DNA of 64,000 nucleotides, taken from the sequence record PP968062.1; one strand, written 5' to 3'. Every line of letters starts with the position of its first letter. Position 1 is the first letter of the stretch. A program made the translations under genes and the position numbers. The notes under the pieces are model-generated. The model saw only the letters and a program-made list of their open reading frames with translations, made no database searches and was not told where the DNA came from. Shown one piece after another: positions 28,560 through 38,207 of this stretch.

Positions 28560-31500
28560 TTAGTAGCCAGCACCTTTGGCACCGATCCATTCACTACCAT
28601 CCCACAGAAGGGTGATGACAGTTTTGGTGGCGGCCAGTTCAGGAGCAGTCGAATCATTCCACTTGAACTTACCGGTGAAGGTAGGCATTACAGCACCTGC
28701 CAGTACCAGTACAGCTGTGACCATACGACCAGTCGGACCATCGGCCAGAGTGATTGCACGTTGAGCAGAAGCATCGACGTTGTAGCACTGTTGGTTAGCC
28801 GGAGTCAGGGTGAATGCTGCGTTTACCGAAGAAGTCTTCAGGCTGTAGGTGTCGAAACCTTTAGTGATTTCTACCCAAGCAGAAGTACCAGCAGCGGTAG
28901 TCTGACGACCGAAGACCTTAGTAGCGTCAACAGCCGGTTCCGGAATGGTTACCAGTTCTTTCCACTCGCCTTTGGAACGAGTGTAGTTCTTGGCATCCGG
29001 AGCATCCGCAGCGATGATTGCAGCAGGTACTTCTACCCAGCTGGACACGCCAGCAACAGTAGTCTTACGAGCGTACAGTTTGTCATCGTTAGCGGTTTCA
29101 GGAACTACAGCAGCCCAAGCACCGTCTTTACGAGCGTATGCCTTACCATCACTTGCGGCGTCTTTGAAGATTTCAGTCTCAACCCAAGACTTAGTACCTT
29201 TCAGTACGAAGAACTTGTTCTCGTCGTTACCAGTCGGATTCGGGGCAGCGGGTACCCAAGAACCTTTAGAACGAGAGAAGACACCAGTGGCAGCAGCAAC
29301 GTCTTCAACTACAGCAATGCCGAGTTCGAACGGAGCCCACTCAGTAGTACCGTCAGCTTTACCTTTACGAACGTATTGTTCGCCTTCAGCAGCAGCTTCA
29401 ACTTCGTCTACGAGTAGCGGAGCCCAACCCATCTGGTAACGGACCATCTTCTTGTTCTGGTCGACGGTTTCTACTTCAGCAACCGGTACGTCCAGCAGTT
29501 GGATGAACTCTTTCCAGCCTTGAGCATCGCGATACCAAACCTTACCGGATTTGTCCAAGCACCAGTCGTCTTGTACACCGATAGTGTTGTTCGGGGTGTC
29601 TACGCCTTGCGGCAGAATTACCCAACGGGAACCTTTGTCACCCTTAGCACCTTGGATACCACGAGGACCAACGATACCCTGATCACCCTTATCGCCTTTC
29701 TCACCTTTAGCACCAACAGTGAAGCTACCCAGGTTCAGGTACTTCTCAGTGTCATCGGCACCATCAACAGCCCACACGTAAAGTTCTTTCGAACCTTCCG
29801 GACCTACAGAGTAAGCGTTACCTACTGTGTTAGTCGGATGTGCTGTTTTCAGAGCGGCTTCAGTCGGGTAGTCACCCATGATCTTGATGCCTTGGCCAAT
29901 TTCGCCTTGGTCACCTTTGATACCCTGAGGACCATCATCACCCTTCGGACCCTGGATGTTGAACGGACCGTCGTAGGTATTCGTCGAGCGGTTAGCTACG
30001 TAGATTACCTTAACAGTGTCATCACCTTGGATCTCGGAAACGATGTAGGCTTCGCCGTCAGCAGGATCGGTTTCACCAGCTACCAGTTCAGGTAGTTGAG
30101 ATACATCACCAACTTCACCAACGATACGCATGGATTGACCACGCTCACCTTGGTCACCTTTCTGACCGATAGGGCCTGCGGAAACGAACTGGGTACCGCT
30201 AACGTTTACGTAGACATCACCACCTTTAACAACAACGGCTTTACCTTTGTTGTCAGCCGAAGCCGGAGGTACTTCTTCTACGGTGTTAACGATGGCGATA
30301 ATCTCGAAGTTCTCACCTGGATCACCCTTAGGACCTGCGTCGCCAGTATCACCTTTCGAGCCGGCATCACCTTTGTCCCCTTTATCACCCTTGTCGCCTT
30401 TCGCACCAGTGTGAGTACCAAGGTCAACCCAGACACCATCGATGAACATGTAGAGGTGGCGGTTATCAGCAGCTACCCAAGCTTCCTGTTCTTGCGGATC
30501 CGGAATTGCTTGGATTGCAGCCAGGTCAGCCAGTACGCCGGAGATTACAAGGTTCTTACCACCGTCACCGGTGTCACCTTTATCCCCTTTCAGACCAGTA
30601 TCACCCTTGTCACCTTTATCCCCTTTGTCGCCTTTCTCACCCTTGAACTGGCCAAGGTTGATCAGGTCGCCTTCGGAAGCAACGGGAGTTTTGGAAACGT
30701 AGTACAGAGTGTTAACGTCACGGACAGCGTAGGCTTTCTTGATAACAAGAGTAGAGCCAGCAGCCAGCAGGTCAGTCATGGTCGGATAGGTACCGAGGAT
30801 TTCCAGGTTTTCACCAGGAGCACCATCGACACCGTTGGCACCAGGCTCACCCGGATCACCTTTATCGCCCTTGTCACCTTTAGGACCGTCGCCACCAAGG
30901 ACGCCGTCTTCACCCTTATCACCCTTCGGACCTTGCCAGGTACCCAGGTCCATCCACTTGTTCTCGTCTACGGAGAACACGAACAGATGACGAACACCTT
31001 CTACCATTACGGAGTAGGCTTCTTCGGGTTTGGAATCACCAGCCAGGGGAAGATCACCTACGGAAGCCAGGTCAGCTTTGATGGTGAACGGTGTGGCATC
31101 TTTACCGGGGTTACCGGTATCGCCTTTCAGACCCTTATCGCCTTTATCGCCCTTGTCACCAGTATCACCTTTAGGACCCTGGGGACCCTGCGGTACGATC
31201 TGAATGTATGCGTAGTTGTCCGGGAAGATATCCTCTTCACCAGCTTTCAGCATGAAGGTGTAAAGAGCGTTCTTCCAACCATAGGTATCGCCTTTGGCGG
31301 CCAGCGGAGGCAGTTCTTGGTTGTCGGGCCATTGACCACGGATAACCAGACCAGTACCTTCCGGTCCACGCATATCACCGGAGTTAATCCACTGACCTTT
31401 ATCCGGCGAACCAGATTCAGGAGCAGACCAAACCATCAGGACGGTGTCAGTAGCGCCACGGACGAACCAAGCATCACCGAATTCCCAAGTATCGATGGGA

Positions 31501-31871
31501 GCAATGTTGGTATCGAAGTCGTCTTTAGTTACGGTACTTTTGATATTGGTAACAGGGCCCGGTTCACCCGGATCACCTTGCAGACCAGTATCACCTTTAG
31601 CGCCGTCTTCGCCTTTCAGCGATTCCAGCCACTCGGCTTCTGTACCTTGATAACCGGCATCAACTGCCAGTTGGAATGCGGATTTACCATCCGCACCGTC
31701 GTCACCTTTCAGACCTTCAATTTCTGTCGGATCTTTAAAAGTGGTAGCCAGGCCAGCCCCGGTCGAAACCGGGATCTTGCCTGCAACTACCGCAAGAGGA
31801 TCGTCCTCGGTCGAAATACGCTTAGGTAGTTCACCGTTAACGAAAATTTCAAATGCGGATTCACCAGCCAT
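28560..31871 (-). CDS. Collagen-like tail fibre protein (1103 aa)
   Basis: About 8 Gly-X-Y runs (GDK-rich) separated by roughly 50-aa domains, about 8 DxKxYxRKxxxW repeats, C-terminal fibre tip domain. Confidence 0.85.
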   Translation of the reverse strand: MAGESAFEIFVNGELPKRISTEDDPLAVVAGKIPVSTGAGLATTFKDPTEIEGLKGDDGADGKSAFQLAVDAGYQGTEAEWLESLKGEDGAKGDTGLQGDPGEPGPVTNIKSTVTKDDFDTNIAPIDTWEFGDAWFVRGATDTVLMVWSAPESGSPDKGQWINSGDMRGPEGTGLVIRGQWPDNQELPPLAAKGDTYGWKNALYTFMLKAGEEDIFPDNYAYIQIVPQGPQGPKGDTGDKGDKGDKGLKGDTGNPGKDATPFTIKADLASVGDLPLAGDSKPEEAYSVMVEGVRHLFVFSVDENKWMDLGTWQGPKGDKGEDGVLGGDGPKGDKGDKGDPGEPGANGVDGAPGENLEILGTYPTMTDLLAAGSTLVIKKAYAVRDVNTLYYVSKTPVASEGDLINLGQFKGEKGDKGDKGDKGDTGLKGDKGDTGDGGKNLVISGVLADLAAIQAIPDPQEQEAWVAADNRHLYMFIDGVWVDLGTHTGAKGDKGDKGDKGDAGSKGDTGDAGPKGDPGENFEIIAIVNTVEEVPPASADNKGKAVVVKGGDVYVNVSGTQFVSAGPIGQKGDQGERGQSMRIVGEVGDVSQLPELVAGETDPADGEAYIVSEIQGDDTVKVIYVANRSTNTYDGPFNIQGPKGDDGPQGIKGDQGEIGQGIKIMGDYPTEAALKTAHPTNTVGNAYSVGPEGSKELYVWAVDGADDTEKYLNLGSFTVGAKGEKGDKGDQGIVGPRGIQGAKGDKGSRWVILPQGVDTPNNTIGVQDDWCLDKSGKVWYRDAQGWKEFIQLLDVPVAEVETVDQNKKMVRYQMGWAPLLVDEVEAAAEGEQYVRKGKADGTTEWAPFELGIAVVEDVAAATGVFSRSKGSWVPAAPNPTGNDENKFFVLKGTKSWVETEIFKDAASDGKAYARKDGAWAAVVPETANDDKLYARKTTVAGVSSWVEVPAAIIAADAPDAKNYTRSKGEWKELVTIPEPAVDATKVFGRQTTAAGTSAWVEITKGFDTYSLKTSSVNAAFTLTPANQQCYNVDASAQRAITLADGPTGRMVTAVLVLAGAVMPTFTGKFKWNDSTAPELAATKTVITLLWDGSEWIGAKGAGY

Positions 31872-34339
31872 TATACAACTTCCTCAAGTTCAACGCGCAT
31901 CAGACCGGATGTGTTAGATACGGAGTTAGCGGCGTCGCAGTTATACCAACTATTGCCATTCTTGACGGTGTAAGTGTTTACAGCGTCGGCATCGTCAGCT
32001 TTATAGGTGAAGTTCAGAGAGCCGCTGGCACCTTTCGACAGGTTAGAGCAACGCAACTTACCAGTCATGGTCACGGTGGTACCAATAGCACCTTCACGGT
32101 TAGGGAAAGCAGCAATAGACATGGTACGCAGAACGAAACCACCGATGGTGTATTCACCACCAGACTTCAGTGCGTTGACAGCAACACCAGCAAGGCCTTT
32201 ACCCGATACACCAGCAAAGTTGAAGATACCCTTGGCATCGTTATCATGAACGAGCAGGGTACGTGTCCATACTTTCTTGGCTGCATCACCAACCCATGCC
32301 GCAGCATCCCAATTTCCGCCAGGAGCATCCATCGAAGGTGCTTCAGCCAGAGACTGAGTAGAGGTGATGGTGATGGTGTGACGCTGAACAACAGTACCTG
32401 CATTACCACCGGAGCGCAGACGAGCAGCCGGAGTAGTGACAGTCAGTTCCGGAGCAACGTTAGCGATCTTAACGATCGTGGACGCAGTTGCGGAGCTACC
32501 GTTGGCAGCACGTTGTGCAGTGATAGTCAGGTTGTTAGTCAGGTCATTGTAATCACCTGCCAGATAGCTAACAGTTTTAGCTGCTTCTACTTGGGTCGGA
32601 TTGGTTACAGTCAGCTGACCATTTGCCGAGGTGTAAGTAGCGCTGGAAGCGTTAGTTACAGTGTTCGCTACGGTTGCATCTTCACCAGCTTTGACGGCTT
32701 GTTGGCCAGCCGGGTAAGTTACAGTACCGAAGGAGATAGTCGGCTTCAGGTTGTTCAGCTTAACGACGTTAACTTTCTCAACAGTACCAGCCACATCGGA
32801 CTTATACCAAGCAGAGAAGCTACCGGAAGCTTTCTTAACACGGATGCTGAACGGATGGTTGGCAGCGGTGTTACCACGGTCGGCAATAACCAGACCAGTA
32901 ACGTTGTGCGTCTTACCGGCAGTCAGAGTACCAGTCTTAGCAACGAATGCACCTTCATCACGGATTTCATAACCAACAACATCTTGGTCAGAAGTAAAGG
33001 TGATGGACATTACGTCACCGGCTTTCAGTTCGGTCTGTGCACCCGGATAGTTACCAGTGAAGGTAGCGGCAGTGATTACAGGAGCAGAATCCATAGTCAC
33101 GTTAGCAGCAGCCTTAGCGCCGTCTTCGTGAGTAGCTTCTACTTTAACCGGATCTGCGCCAACCGGAGCCGGCAGATTGACAGTTGCTTCACCAGTCCAC
33201 ATCGGAGCATTAGCGCCGGCGGTCAGTGCAACATCAACACCGTTTACTTTAACAACCGGACGATAGTTGGTGTGGCCAGTGATAGCAGCGACTTTTACCT
33301 TAACGTCACGAGTGGACGAGGAGCACTGTACCAGGGAGAAGCCATCAGCCGACTTAACTTTGTCGCCAACGTTGTCAGCAGCGTTTACCGGAGTGATGTC
33401 AGTGATGAATACACCACCGTTAACGCCTTTCGGTTCAGCCAGGGATTTGTTGAACTCTTCTTCAGTACCGATGAAGCCACCGTCTACAGCGGATTCATAT
33501 GCCGACTTACCATTAGCACCTTCAAGGCTTTCCAGCCATTGTTCTTCAGTGCCCACAAAGCCGCCATCTTTAGCGATCTGATAAGCGGACTTACCATCAG
33601 CGCCGTGAAGGCTTTCGAGATATTCAGCTTCGGTGCCTTGGAAACCAGCATCAACTGCCAGTTCATAAGCGGACTTGCCGTCAGCACCATCAACACCGTC
33701 ATCACCTTTGGTGCCGTCAACGCCATGTAGGGATTCCAGGTACTCAGCTTCGGTACCAGTGAAACCACCTTCTACTGCGAGAGCATAGGCAGACTTACCA
33801 TCGGTGCCAGTATCACCCTTATCGCCTTTGTCCCCTTTATCACCGGTGTCGCCTTTCTCACCTTTCAGCGAGGCAACGAACTCAGCTTCGGTACCAGTGA
33901 AACCGGTATCCAGGGCGGATTGATAAGCAGATTTACCAACGAGAGTTGCAAGGAATTCTTGTTCAGTGCCGGTGTAGCCATTATCAACAGCTACTTCATA
34001 GATGGATTTACCTACGGCACCATCTTTACCGTCATCGCCCTTGAGGGAAGCGAGGAATTCGTCTTCGGTACCTACGAAACCTTGCTGGAGAGCAAGCTGA
34101 TAAATACCTTGACCTTTCAGGCTTTCGAGCCACTGTTGTTCAGTGCCAACGAAACCATTCTTAACAGCAACCTCGTAGGCCGAGAGACCTTCGTTGTTGC
34201 GGATCTTGGAGACCATGAGACGGAAGTTCTTATAAGAACCATCGGGCTCACGACGAATAACTTCTACAAACTCTTCACCAGTGATGGTGTTAAGAGGCTG
34301 CATTCCGGAAATCATGCCCGGACTGGATTTAATGGCCAT
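31871..34339 (-). CDS. Fibre-associated virion protein with GKSAY repeats and C-terminal Ig-like beta domains (about 822 aa)
   Basis: 8 copies of GKSAYxxAxxxGFxGTExExLxSLxG, short GDK run; SD agga before MAIKSS; TAATG overlap with the next gene. Confidence 0.8.
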   Translation of the reverse strand: MAIKSSPGMISGMQPLNTITGEEFVEVIRREPDGSYKNFRLMVSKIRNNEGLSAYEVAVKNGFVGTEQQWLESLKGQGIYQLALQQGFVGTEDEFLASLKGDDGKDGAVGKSIYEVAVDNGYTGTEQEFLATLVGKSAYQSALDTGFTGTEAEFVASLKGEKGDTGDKGDKGDKGDTGTDGKSAYALAVEGGFTGTEAEYLESLHGVDGTKGDDGVDGADGKSAYELAVDAGFQGTEAEYLESLHGADGKSAYQIAKDGGFVGTEEQWLESLEGANGKSAYESAVDGGFIGTEEEFNKSLAEPKGVNGGVFITDITPVNAADNVGDKVKSADGFSLVQCSSSTRDVKVKVAAITGHTNYRPVVKVNGVDVALTAGANAPMWTGEATVNLPAPVGADPVKVEATHEDGAKAAANVTMDSAPVITAATFTGNYPGAQTELKAGDVMSITFTSDQDVVGYEIRDEGAFVAKTGTLTAGKTHNVTGLVIADRGNTAANHPFSIRVKKASGSFSAWYKSDVAGTVEKVNVVKLNNLKPTISFGTVTYPAGQQAVKAGEDATVANTVTNASSATYTSANGQLTVTNPTQVEAAKTVSYLAGDYNDLTNNLTITAQRAANGSSATASTIVKIANVAPELTVTTPAARLRSGGNAGTVVQRHTITITSTQSLAEAPSMDAPGGNWDAAAWVGDAAKKVWTRTLLVHDNDAKGIFNFAGVSGKGLAGVAVNALKSGGEYTIGGFVLRTMSIAAFPNREGAIGTTVTMTGKLRCSNLSKGASGSLNFTYKADDADAVNTYTVKNGNSWYNCDAANSVSNTSGLMRVELEEVV

Positions 34340-34429
34340 TACGTATTCCTTTGTTGGAGAGAGTCTTCGCAACTACTCGTGCACGTCTTAAAAGGAAAAT
34401 AAGACTCATAGAGTAGTGTATTATTTCAG

Positions 34430-34466
34430 CAACATAAAGGAGTCCCTAATGGGACTCCAGTATGCC
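34430..34466 (-). terminator. Hairpin, conserved-flank family
   Basis: caacataaaggagtccc-taat-gggactccagtatgcc. Confidence 0.7.
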
Positions 34467-34504
34467 TTTTAGAGAGCATCTATCTGGAGTTGCGACTACG
34501 AAAC

Positions 34505-35521
34505 TTATGCCACTACGGCTGGGTCGAGTTTCCAAGCACCGGTATCATCTTTAGTGAAACCAATTTGTGCCAGGAGAGCATGGACGCCCTTAGAGGTAGC
34601 AAAGCCTTCGTCATCGAGACCTTCGATGACAGTAGCTTCATCAGCTTTAGTCGGGATTTCCAGATCAGGGAGTTGTTCTGCTTTCAGCTTGCCGTTCTCA
34701 TCGAGATCGGCTTTAGCTGCGAGAGCATCAACAAGTCCAGTAACCTTATCAACGGCAATACCAGCGTCAATGATGGCTTGAACTTCATCGGCGTTAAGAC
34801 CGCCAACTTGTGCACCACCCAGAGTTACGCCATCATGCAGATAGAGCTTCTTGTGTTCCAGGTCAATGAAGAACGTACCCTCAGCACCTTTGTGCGCAGC
34901 TGCTTCTAGAGCAGAACCACGACGGTGTTGAAGGAGTAGTTTAGCCACAGCATCAGCGCGACCTTCTTCAAACGAAACTACTTTACCGTCTTCAGAAACA
35001 ACAACACCAATTTGTTGCAGAGTTGCCATTACAGCGCTCGGAACGTCTTTGGTGTAAATCTTACGATCCAGTTCTTTCTTCTGTTGACGGGAGATCGGTT
35101 TGTCTGCGTCGGCAGTGTTATCGACCTTGTCAAGTTTCGCAAACGAGAGATCCAGAATCTTCCACTCAGGAAGACCAATCTCGTTTACGGTCAGAACCAT
35201 GCCTTTGTCCTCAGGGAGGATTTCGAACAGGGGAGCGGTAGCAGCAGACCACTGGGCCTCGGTACCTTCGTAACCTTGTTCTACGGCAGTTTGATAAGCT
35301 GACTTACCAACAAGGGATTTCAACCACTCTTCTTCAGTACCAGTGAAACCACCTTTGACGGCGCCGTCAAAAGCAGAAGCACCTACACGTAGCTTATCAG
35401 CAAGTACACGGAAGTTCTTGAAAGAACCGTCGGCATTGCGAGCAACAACCTCTACGAACTCCTGCCCAGTTAGTGCAGACAGGAGGTCGAGTTCAGAAAC
35501 CTTTTTCTTTTCATCAGCCAT
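34505..35521 (-). CDS. Fibre-associated virion protein (338 aa)
   Basis: N-terminal KVSEL..LTGQEFVEV domain, 2 GKSAY repeats, LDKVDNTADADKPIS motif, Mtd-N-like LQHRRG..LYLHDGVTLGG. Confidence 0.75.
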   Translation of the reverse strand: MADEKKKVSELDLLSALTGQEFVEVVARNADGSFKNFRVLADKLRVGASAFDGAVKGGFTGTEEEWLKSLVGKSAYQTAVEQGYEGTEAQWSAATAPLFEILPEDKGMVLTVNEIGLPEWKILDLSFAKLDKVDNTADADKPISRQQKKELDRKIYTKDVPSAVMATLQQIGVVVSEDGKVVSFEEGRADAVAKLLLQHRRGSALEAAAHKGAEGTFFIDLEHKKLYLHDGVTLGGAQVGGLNADEVQAIIDAGIAVDKVTGLVDALAAKADLDENGKLKAEQLPDLEIPTKADEATVIEGLDDEGFATSKGVHALLAQIGFTKDDTGAWKLDPAVVA

Positions 35522-35655
35522 CTTAGATGTCCTTCAGGGTTGGCTGCGTTACACTTATTCTTTTAACCCAATGACACCACCTCCAAACCTGGGGAAGTAT
35601 CAGGTTAACGAAATCCTTCTCTTAGTGTTACCACTGATAAAAGAACAGGTGGACG

Positions 35656-36435
35656 CTAAGCCCGATGTTTCGAAACTTTATCTTCGAACAACTTGTAGAT
35701 CTCAGCTAGGGTACGAGGTACACCTTTATTGCTAAAGATCGACGGGTTTGCTTTAGCCGGTTTCGGGAATAGAACTTCACCTAGAGTTTTCTGGTCTGCG
35801 GAAAGGAACTTCTTAGCGCCGGAGGCACCGAGGAAGTGAGCGAGGTATAGATCGGTATCAGTCGGCTCGCGATCGAGCACAGGACGCAATACAGACGCAT
35901 TACCTTTGAGGAACTCTGCGCCCATGAGAGCATTGACACGAGGATCTTTACGGAGAGCCCTAGTGGGGTCTTTTGGGATTCCGTATTTAGAACCATGTGC
36001 TTTGATCATGTCGTCCCAAGTTGCATCCAGGAACTGGAACCAACCAGTAGCCGTAGACGTGCCTGCTTTGACGAGATAATCGAATGCCGATTCAATGGAA
36101 GCAAATGTAGCCAGCAATCGAGGTTCGACTCCGGTCATTGCTCCTACCGCATTCAGTGTGGGCATTGCAGCAGCCCGAGATTTGTTAGCAGCCGGTTTAG
36201 GAATAGCTTCCCATTTAGCAGGAACTTGTGCAGAAGAGCTCAGTTCAGCCAGAGTTGCAGGCCCAACCTTTCCGTCAACACCCAGACCCCGAGAGGTTTG
36301 GAAATCACGAACAGCTTTCTCTGTATCTCCACCGAAGATTCCGTCAGTGCTAACTGCGTATCCTGCGACCCGAAGTTTCATTTGTAGATCTTCCACAGCA
36401 GAGCCGCGGTCGCCACGTTTGAGTACAGTACCCAT
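35656..36435 (-). CDS. Modular endolysin: peptidoglycan-binding domain plus lytic transglycosylase (phiKZ gp144-like)
   Basis: LKRGDRG..DGIFG..T..AVRDFQ; ANKSRAAA; FASIESAF (catalytic Glu); ATGWFQF; DLYLAHF. Confidence 0.95.
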   Translation of the reverse strand: MGTVLKRGDRGSAVEDLQMKLRVAGYAVSTDGIFGGDTEKAVRDFQTSRGLGVDGKVGPATLAELSSSAQVPAKWEAIPKPAANKSRAAAMPTLNAVGAMTGVEPRLLATFASIESAFDYLVKAGTSTATGWFQFLDATWDDMIKAHGSKYGIPKDPTRALRKDPRVNALMGAEFLKGNASVLRPVLDREPTDTDLYLAHFLGASGAKKFLSADQKTLGEVLFPKPAKANPSIFSNKGVPRTLAEIYKLFEDKVSKHRA

Positions 36436-36450
36436 GTCTGTCTCCAGTAA

Positions 36451-36984
36451 TTAATGTTCCAATTCTCGAATTACTCCATCTTCCATCAGACGGTAACCAC
36501 CATCTTCCAGGAGACGAGCATATTGGTTGCCTTCTACCATTTCGACAGTAATCATAGTCGAACCGTAGTAAGCGTAACTACCAGTCATCGCGACGAGTTC
36601 ATATTGGAACACGTCGTCTTTTGTATTGATAACAGTGGTAGAGAAGGATAGATCGTCCGGACCGAAAGTCATCTTACGGGAGCGGTTGATCTCTTCTGCG
36701 ATGGCCGCAGGTGTAGCCACCCCAGATAGCTTAATGGACGGATTAGGTCCAAGGCAGTCAGGGTGAGACAGTTCCAGACGACGATAAACGAACCAGTCTT
36801 TGAGACTGGCTTTATTATCGATCATCTCGATATAAGTACGTCCCGGAACACCCGAAGTCGGACTGAAGAACATGTCTTCAAAGTTTACGAATTCGTCTTG
36901 AATGTTCTTATGCTTAGACGTTTCCCGAATCAGACGGCACAGGGCCGCACGAGACGGGAGGTTATAAGGAAAACGATCGCTCAT
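36451..36984 (-). CDS. Putative virion adaptor protein with C-terminal RLLEDG repeat (177 aa)
   Basis: VYRRLEL motif as in other virion proteins here; ends RLLEDGGYRLMEDGVIRELEH. Confidence 0.65.
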   Translation of the reverse strand: MSDRFPYNLPSRAALCRLIRETSKHKNIQDEFVNFEDMFFSPTSGVPGRTYIEMIDNKASLKDWFVYRRLELSHPDCLGPNPSIKLSGVATPAAIAEEINRSRKMTFGPDDLSFSTTVINTKDDVFQYELVAMTGSYAYYGSTMITVEMVEGNQYARLLEDGGYRLMEDGVIRELEH

Positions 36985-37040
36985 TGTTAAACCCTCAATT
37001 GTGGTTTACAAAATTTACTTAACCCACATAGCATTATAAA

Positions 37041-37064
37041 AGCCCCTCCAATTAAGGAGGGGCT
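37041..37064 (-). terminator. Hairpin terminator
   Basis: agcccctcc-aattaa-ggaggggct after 37075..37479. Confidence 0.7.
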
Positions 37065-37074
37065 AATATTATTG

Positions 37075-37479
37075 TTACTGAGTAGAAATTACCATCTTTA
37101 AGATCTCAATGAGACCAAGACCTAGGGTCTTAAAGATATCAGCAACTTCACTACTCATCGGTCCGTCTGTATTGATAACGCTTACAACAACACCAGTGGA
37201 CAGAATAGCAAGCAAAGCACTTGCAGTCAAAATGGAACTGCGGTAAGTATCACTAGCTCGATGACCAGTGTATTCCTTTTCCAGTAACACGTTCTGTTTG
37301 CTAAGATCAGACAGCGAATAGATCTCTGTCAGAACTTCATCAGCAGTTGTATTACCGTCAACACGTGCACTACCATCGGCATGCAACATACCGTTCAGGT
37401 ACGCTACGATTTGACGATAGTTAGGAGCCTTCGACAAAGGCTTATTGCCCATGTCACTTAGTATTTGTTCTAGAGTCAT
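37075..37479 (-). CDS. Membrane protein, holin or antiholin candidate
   Basis: Two C-terminal hydrophobic helices; lies between the spanins and the endolysin. Confidence 0.45.
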   Translation of the reverse strand: MTLEQILSDMGNKPLSKAPNYRQIVAYLNGMLHADGSARVDGNTTADEVLTEIYSLSDLSKQNVLLEKEYTGHRASDTYRSSILTASALLAILSTGVVVSVINTDGPMSSEVADIFKTLGLGLIEILKMVISTQ

Positions 37480-37870
37480 AGCTTCTCTCCATCTCCGACT
37501 GTTTTGTATCCCAGTCACGGAGCTTCTCGATTTGTAGATTACACGAACCGAGATAATCGGTTTGGAGTAGCCAGTGATCAGTCATCAGTAGGAAGCGTGC
37601 TTCCCAAGGATCCGTGATACCAGCGACCTTATACCGATCTGGAGCTTTGATGAGGTCATCAGCTGATGGCGGAGGAGCTACGTAGCAAAGTTGTTTGAAG
37701 CTACTTGGTACCGCACTGCGCGTCCAGTCGTTTGGCTTTGCAGTAGTGCTCGTGCATCCTGTTAGCAAGGGTGACAAGAGCAACATCATCAGTAACACCG
37801 CTACTAGTTTCAGCGGTGGAGGTGGGATTTGACCGAATTGGTTCTTCCCTAGCTTTTTCCACAGGGACAT
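37454..37870 (-). CDS. o-spanin (Rz1-like lipoprotein), overlapping the i-spanin; start uncertain
   Basis: LLLSPLLTG|C lipobox, CYVAPPP, SCNLQIEKLRDW; encoded in an alternate frame over the i-spanin 3' end. Confidence 0.8.
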   Translation of the reverse strand: MSLWKKLGKNQFGQIPPPPLKLVAVLLMMLLLSPLLTGCTSTTAKPNDWTRSAVPSSFKQLCYVAPPPSADDLIKAPDRYKVAGITDPWEARFLLMTDHWLLQTDYLGSCNLQIEKLRDWDTKQSEMERSYDSRTNTK

Positions 37871-38195
37871 CTTTTTCAGTAGGCCACTTGACCCCTGTTT
37901 GTCCGGATAAGTTAATGTACTCATCAATCACTCCTGCTCGTGATTGTTCTAGCTCTCTCAGCTCATCGACTTTTTGAGTGGTATATTGACTTACGGTTTC
38001 GTCAGTGATGGCAGCAGACTTACCTTGCATTTCCACTTTGACTTCTAGTTGACTATTCTTTTCAACTAGAGCGCCATTGTGAACAAGCTCATCAGTATAC
38101 TGGTTATAGAAGAACCACAGTCCAAGCCCACCGGTGATAACTACACCGATAAACACCCAATTAAACCACTTGATGTTTTTTAACCAGTTGAACAT
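37701..38195 (-). CDS. i-spanin (Rz-like)
   Basis: SD gaggt; single N-terminal TM helix; coiled coil; C-terminal Cys pair. Confidence 0.8.
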   Translation of the reverse strand: MFNWLKNIKWFNWVFIGVVITGGLGLWFFYNQYTDELVHNGALVEKNSQLEVKVEMQGKSAAITDETVSQYTTQKVDELRELEQSRAGVIDEYINLSGQTGVKWPTEKDVPVEKAREEPIRSNPTSTAETSSGVTDDVALVTLANRMHEHYCKAKRLDAQCGTK

Positions 38196-38207
38196 ATTAC
38201 CTCTCAC

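Noticed and set aside
30096-33730. Long + strand ORFs of 577 aa and 625 aa
   Set aside because: Antisense shadows of the repeat-rich fibre genes; codon bias removes stops on the opposite strand; no SD or protein-like motifs.
35522-35655. Short open frame between the endolysin and the 338-aa fibre gene
   Set aside because: No start codon with SD and no recognisable composition.
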